64,000 nucleotides of DNA, from contig OZ024741.1 in NCBI GenBank assembly GCA_964016885.1, positions 416,020,001 to 416,084,000 on the forward strand. Direction: 5' to 3'. The DNA is from Eledone cirrhosa (taxonomy: Eukaryota). Both the position numbers and the translations under genes were made by a program. The notes under the pieces are model-generated. The model had not been told where the DNA came from. It saw nothing but the letters and a program-made list of their open reading frames with translations, and did no database searches. Below, piece after piece: positions 58,501 through 64,000 of this stretch (position 1 is the stretch's first letter; each line of letters starts with the position of its first letter).

Positions 58501-59080
58501 GTTATATTAACTGGGGCCTCTGTTATATTAACTGGGGTCTCGGTATATTAACTGGGGCCTCTGTTATATTAACTGGGGTCTCCTTTATATTAACTGGGGT
58601 CTCTGTTATATTAACTGGGGCATCTATTATATTAACTGGGGTCTCTGTTATATTAATTGGGGTCTCTGTTATATTAACTGGGGTCTGTTATCTTAACTGG
58701 GGTCTCTGTTATATTAACTGGGGTCTCTGTTATATTAACTGGGATCTCTGTTATATTAACTGGGGCCTCTGTTATATTAACTGGGATCTCTATTATATTA
58801 ACTGGGGTCTGTTATATTAACTGGGGTCTCTGTTATATTAACTGGGGTCTGTTATATTAACTGTGGCCTCTGTTATCTTAGCTGTGGTCTCTGTTATATT
58901 AACTGGGATCTCTGTTATATTAACTGGGGTCTCTGTTATATTAACTGGTGTCTCTTTTATATTAACTGGAATCTCTGTTATATTAACTGGGGTTTCTGTT
59001 ATATTAACTGGGGCCTCTATTATATTAACTGGGCTCTGTGTTATATTAACTGGGATCTCTGTTATATTAACTGGGGTCTC
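49550..59080. repeat. Higher-order domain VI: about 3.2 near-identical tandem copies of a 2,944-bp unit with an internal 766-bp duplication
   Basis: ORF-track triplets 50052/52996/55940, 51399/54343/57287 and 52165/55109/58053 are all exactly +2944. The GGCCTCTATT anchor is at 49557, 52501, 55445 and 58389. The internal repeat 51399/52165 is +766. Confidence 0.95.
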
Positions 59081-60409
59081 TGTTATATTAACTGGGGCCT
59101 CTGTTATATTAACTGGGGTCTCGGTATATTAACTGGGGCCTCTGTTATATTAACTGGGGTCTCCTTTATATTAACTGGGTCTCTGTTATATTAACTGGGG
59201 TATGTTATATTAACTGGGGTCTCTGTTATATTAGCTGGGGTCTCTATTATATTAACTGGGGCCTCTGTTATATTAACTGAGGTCTCTGTTATATTAACTG
59301 GGGTCTCTGTTATATTAACTGGGGTATGTTATATTAACTGGGGTATGTTATATTAACTGGGGTCTCTGTTATATTAACTGGGGTCTCTGTTATATTAACT
59401 GGGGTCTCTGTTATATTAAATGGTGACTCTGTTATATTAACTGGGGTCTCTGTTATATTAACTGGGGTCTGTTATATTAACTGAGATCTCTGTTATATTA
59501 ACTGGGGTCTGTTATATTAACTGGGGTCTCTGTTATATTAACTGGGGTCTCTGTTATATTAACTGACTGGGGCCTCTATTATATTAACTGGGGTCTCTGT
59601 AATATTAACTGGGGTCTTGGTTATATTAACTGGGGCCTCTGTTATATTACCTGGGGTCTCTGTTATATTAACTGGGGTCTCTGTTATATTAACTGGGGCC
59701 TCTGTTATATTAACTGGGGTCTCGGTATATTAACTGGGGCCTCTGTTATATTAACTGGGGTCTCCTTTATATTAACTGGGGTCTCTGTTATATTAACTGG
59801 GGCATCTATTATATTAACTGGGGTCTCTGTTATATTAATTGGGGTCTCTGTTATATTAACTGGGGTCTGTTATCTTAACTGGGGTCTCTGTTATATTAAC
59901 TGGGGTCTCTGTTATATTAACTGGGGTCTCTGTTATATTAACTGGGATCTCTGTTATATTAACTGGGGCCTCTGTTATATTAACTGGGATCTCTATTATA
60001 TTTACTGGGGTCTGTTATATTAACTGGGGTCTCTGTTATATTAACTGGGGTCTGTTATATTAACTGTGGCCTCTGTTATCTTAGCTGTGGTCTCTGTTAT
60101 ATTAACTGGGATCTCTGTTATATTAACTGGGGTCTCTGTTATATTAACTGGTGTCTCTTTTATATTAACTGGAATCTCTGTTATATTAACTGGGGTTTCT
60201 GTTATATTAACTGGGGCCTCTATTATATTAACTGGGCTCTGTGTTATATCAACTGGGATCTCTGTTATATTAACTGGGGTCTCTGTTATATTAACTGGGG
60301 TCTCTGTTATATTAACTGGGATCTCTGTAATATTAACTGGTGTCTCTGTTATATTAACTGGGGTCTCTGTTATATTAACTGGGGCCTCTGTTATATTAAC
60401 TGGGGCCTC

Positions 60410-63400
60410 TATTATATTAACTGGCGTCTCTGTAATATTAACTGGGGTCTTGGTTATATTAACTGGGGTCTCTGTTATATTAACTGGGGTCTGTTATATT
60501 AACTGAGATCTCTGTTATATTAACTGGGGTCTGTTATATTAACTGGGGTCTCTGTTGTATTAACTGGGGCCGCTATTATATTAACTGGCGTCTCTGTAAT
60601 ATTAACTGGGGTCTTGGTTATATTAACTGGGGCCTCTGTTATATTAACTGGGGTCTCTGTTATATTAACTTGGGTCTCTGTTATATTAACTGGGGCGTCT
60701 GTTATATTAACTGAGGTCTCGGTATATTAACTGGGGTCTCTGTTATATTAACTGGGGTCTCTGTTATATAAACTGGGGTCTGTTATATTAACTGAGATCT
60801 CTGTTATATTAACTGGGGTCTGTTATATTAACTGGGGTCTCTGTTATATTAACTGGGGTCTCTGTTATATTAACTGGGGCCTCTATTATATTAACTGGGG
60901 TCTCTGTAATATTAACTAGGGTCTTGGTTATATTAACTGGGGCCTCTGTTATATTAACTGGGGTCTCTGTTATATTAACTGGGGTCTCTGTTATATTAAC
61001 TGGGGCCTCTGTTATATTAACTGGGGTCTCGGTATATTAACTGGGGCCTCTGTTATATTAACTGGGGTCTCCTTTATATTAACTGGGGTCTCTGTTATAT
61101 TAACTGGGGCATCTATTATATTAACTGGGGTCTCTGTTATATTAATTGGGGTCTCTGTTATATTAACTGGGGTCTCTGTTATATTAACTGGGGTCTCTGT
61201 TATATTAACTGGGGTCTCTGTTATATTAACTGGGGTCTCTGTTATATTAACTGGGGTCTCTGTTATATTAACTGGGATCTCTGTTATATTAACTGGGGCC
61301 TCTGTTATATTAACTGGGATCTCTATTATATTAACTGGGGTCTGTTATATTAACTGGGGTCTCTGTTATATTAACTGGGGTCTGTTTTATTAACTGGGGT
61401 CTGTTATATAAACTGGGGTCTGTTATATTAGCTGTGGCCTCTGTTATCTTAACTGTGGTCTCTGTTATATTAACTGGGATCTCTGTTATATTAACTGGGG
61501 TCTCTGTTATATTAACTGGTGTCTCTTTTATATTAACTGGAATCTCTGTTATATTAACTGGGGTTTCTGTTATATTAACTGGGGCCTCTATTATATTAAC
61601 TGGGCTCTGTGTTATATTAACAGGGATCTCTGTTATATTAACTGGGGTCTCTGTTATATTAACTGGGGTCTCTGTTATATTAACTGGGATCTCTGTAATA
61701 TTAACTGGTGTCTCTGTTATATTAACTGGGGTCTCTGTTATATTAACTGGGGCCTCTGTTATATTAACTGGGGCCTCTGTTATATGAACTGGGGCCTCTA
61801 TTATATTAACTGGGGTCTCTGTTATATTAACTGGGGTCTCTGTTATATTAACTGGGGTCTGTTATATTAACTGAGATCTCTGTTATATTAACTGGGGTCT
61901 GTTATATTAACTGGGGTCTTTGTTATATTAACTGGGGCCTCTATTATATTAACTGGGGTCTCTGTTATATTAACTGGGGTCTGTTATATTAAATGGGGTC
62001 TCTGTTATATTAACTGGGGCCTCTGTTATATTAACTGGGGTCTCGGTTATATTAACTGGGGCCTCTGTAATATTAACTGGGGTCTCTGTTATATTAACTG
62101 GGGCCTCTGTTATATTAACTGGGGTCTCGGTTATATTAACTGGCGTCTCTGTAATATTAACTGGGGTCTTGGTTATATTAACTGGGGTCTCTGTTATATT
62201 AACTGGGGTCTGTTATATTAACTGAGATCTCTGTTATATTAACTGGGGTCTGTTATATTAACTGGGGTCTCTGTTGTATTAACTGGGGCCGCTATTATAT
62301 TAACTGGCGTCTCTGTAATATTAACTGGGGTCTTGGTTATATTAACTGGGGCCTCTGTTATATTAACTGGGGTCTCTGTTATATTAACTTGGGTCTCTGT
62401 TATATTAACTGGGGCGTCTGTTATATTAACTGAGGTCTCGGTATATTAACTGGGGTCTCTGTTATATTAACTGGGGTCTCTGTTATATAAACTGGGGTCT
62501 GTTATATTAACTGAGATCTCTGTTATATTAACTGGGGTCTGTTATATTAACTGGGGTCTCTGTTATATTAACTGGGGTCTCTGTTATATTAACTGGGGCC
62601 TCTATTATATTAACTGGGGTCTCTGTAATATTAACTAGGGTCTTGGTTATATTAACTGGGGCCTCTGTTATATTAACTGGGGTCTCTGTTATATTAACTG
62701 GGGTCTCTGTTATATTAACTGGGGCCTCTGTTATATTAACTGGGGTCTCGGTATATTAACTGGGGCCTCTGTTATATTAACTGGGGTCTCCTTTATATTA
62801 ACTGGGGTCTCTGTTATATTAACTGGGGCATCTATTATATTAACTGGGGTCTCTGTTATATTAATTGGGGTCTCTGTTATATTAACTGGGGTCTCTGTTA
62901 TATTAACTGGGGTCTCTGTTATATTAACTGGGGTCTCTGTTATATTAACTGGGGTCTCTGTTATATTAACTGGGATCTCTGTTATATTAACTGGGGCCTC
63001 TGTTATATTAACTGGGATCTCTATTATATTAACTGGGGTCTGTTATATTAACTGGGGTCTCTGTTATATTAACTGGGGTCTGTTTTATTAACTGGGGTCT
63101 GTTATATAAACTGGGGTCTGTTATATTAGCTGTGGCCTCTGTTATCTTAACTGTGGTCTCTGTTATATTAACTGGGATCTCTGTTATATTAACTGGGGTC
63201 TCTGTTATATTAACTGGTGTCTCTTTTATATTAACTGGAATCTCTGTTATATTAACTGGGGTTTCTGTTATATTAACTGGGGCCTCTATTATATTAACTG
63301 GGCTCTGTGTTATATTAACAGGGATCTCTGTTATATTAACTGGGGTCTCTGTTATATTAACTGGGGTCTCTGTTATATTAACTGGGATCTCTGTAATATT

Positions 63401-63800
63401 AACTGGTGTCTCTGTTATATTAACTGGGGTCTCTGTTATATTAACTGGGGCCTCTGTTATATTAACTGGGGCCTCTGTTATATGAACTGGGGCCTCTATT
63501 ATATTAACTGGGGTCTCTGTTATATTAACTGGGGTCTCTGTTATATTAACTGGGGTCTGTTATATTAACTGAGATCTCTGTTATATTAACTGGGGTCTGT
63601 TATATTAACTGGGGTCTTTGTTATATTAACTGGGGCCTCTATTATATTAACTGGGGTCTCTGTTATATTAACTGGGGTCTGTTATATTAAATGGGGTCTC
63701 TGTTATATTAACTGGGGCCTCTGTTATATTAACTGGGGTCTCGGTTATATTAACTGGGGCCTCTGTAATATTAACTGGGGTCTCTGTTATATTAACTGGG
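60410..63800. repeat. Higher-order domain VII: ~1.7-kb tandem duplication (1,698 bp in its 3' part)
   Basis: Identical 117-aa pseudo-ORFs at 61434 and 63132 (+1698). The shared markers GTTGTATT, GGCCGCTATT, ACTAGGGTC, ACAGGGATC and GGTCTTTGTT occur in the same order in both copies. Confidence 0.87.
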
Positions 63801-64000
63801 GTCTCTGTTATATTAACTGGGGCATCTATTATATTAACTGGGGTCTCTGTTATATTAATTGGGGTCACTGTTATATTAACTGGGGTCTGTTATCTTAACT
63901 GGGGTCTCTGTTATATTAACTGGGGTCTCTGTTATATTAACTGGGGCCTCTGTTATATTAACTGGGGCCTCTGTTATATTAACTGGGGCCTCTATTATAT

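Larger units (their letters stand above)
1..64000. repeat. Tandem satellite DNA array, 21-bp consensus monomer GTTATATTAACTGGGGTCTCT, with 19/20/25-bp variants; runs off both window ends
   Basis: Every line of the window consists of head-to-tail copies of this monomer in one orientation. Common variants: ...GGGGCCTCT, ...GGGGTCT (19 bp), ...GGGGTAT (19 bp), ...GGGTCTCT (20 bp), ...GAGATCTCT, ...GGGATCTCT, ...GAGGTCTCT. No non-repeat sequence was seen. Confidence 0.99.

Noticed and set aside
129-63485. Plus-strand ORFs of (VILTGVS)n and (CYINWGL)n, up to 228 aa, resembling hydrophobic or Cys/Trp repeat proteins
   Set aside because: A 21-bp unit automatically gives 7-aa repeats in stop-free frames. 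Starts are TTG/GTG variants, 19/20-bp monomers shift the frame every few hundred bp, and there are no unique N- or C-terminal domains.
12511-63868. Minus-strand (NITETPV)n frame resembling a mucin PTS domain with N-glycosylation sequons (possible giant repeat exon)
   Set aside because: The other two minus frames carry a TAA in each monomer, and the abundant 19/20-bp monomers force the frame into them. A coding VNTR would keep monomer lengths at multiples of three.
1-64000. CRISPR array or other repeat-spacer system
   Set aside because: Repeats are directly abutting with no unique spacers, leader or cas genes.
1-64000. Long-unit telomerase repeat, as in some budding yeasts, suggested by the T/G-rich strand bias
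   Set aside because: The length (>=64 kb), the many stable variants and the kb-scale duplications indicate recombinational turnover, not templated addition, and no chromosome end is visible. A subtelomeric location remains possible.
1-64000. G-quadruplex array from GGGG in each monomer
   Set aside because: G-tracts are separated by 15-17-nt loops, far longer than canonical G4 loops, and many variants disrupt the tract (GAGA, GTGG, GGTG).
1-64000. TATA-like or -10-like promoter motifs (TATATT) and small hairpins as terminators
   Set aside because: These are simply part of the monomer, the stem is only 4 bp, and there is no associated gene.
1-64000. Purely artefactual or synthetic concatemer (BsaI site in each unit, rolling-circle product)
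   Set aside because: Hierarchical, shared, ordered variants and nested duplications imply an evolutionary history. Local copy-number errors in the assembly are still possible.
1-64000. Variant order as a functional information-bearing code
   Set aside because: The order is adequately explained by duplication and unequal exchange, and nothing in the sequence indicates a readout mechanism or selection.

Overview
The whole 64 kb window is one uninterrupted, single-orientation tandem satellite array of roughly 3,000+ monomers. The 21-bp consensus is GTTATATTAACTGGGGTCTCT (minus strand AGAGACCCCAGTTAATATAAC; 8/21 GC, no CpG), mixed with recurrent 19-, 20- and rare 25-bp length variants and a few dozen recurring substitution variants. 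I see no credible gene, RNA gene, transposon, CRISPR array, inversion or unique flank. All listed ORFs (VILTGVS, CYINWGL and NITETPV repeats) are translations of the stop-free frames of the 21-mer, and they are broken wherever a 19/20-bp monomer shifts the frame. The informative content is the order of variant monomers. A few variant modules of about 0.2-0.7 kb are reshuffled into local higher-order repeats whose period changes along the window: ~2.4-2.8/5.2 kb, 4,062 bp, ~5 kb, 2,793 bp, ~1.85-1.89 kb, 2,944 bp and 1,698 bp. There are also long-range copies at offsets of 10,841 and ~24,780 bp. This looks like a eukaryotic satellite or macro-minisatellite (possibly (peri)centromeric or subtelomeric) under active turnover by unequal exchange. 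The organism and function cannot be determined from the sequence, and I found no evidence of a novel gene-encoded system.
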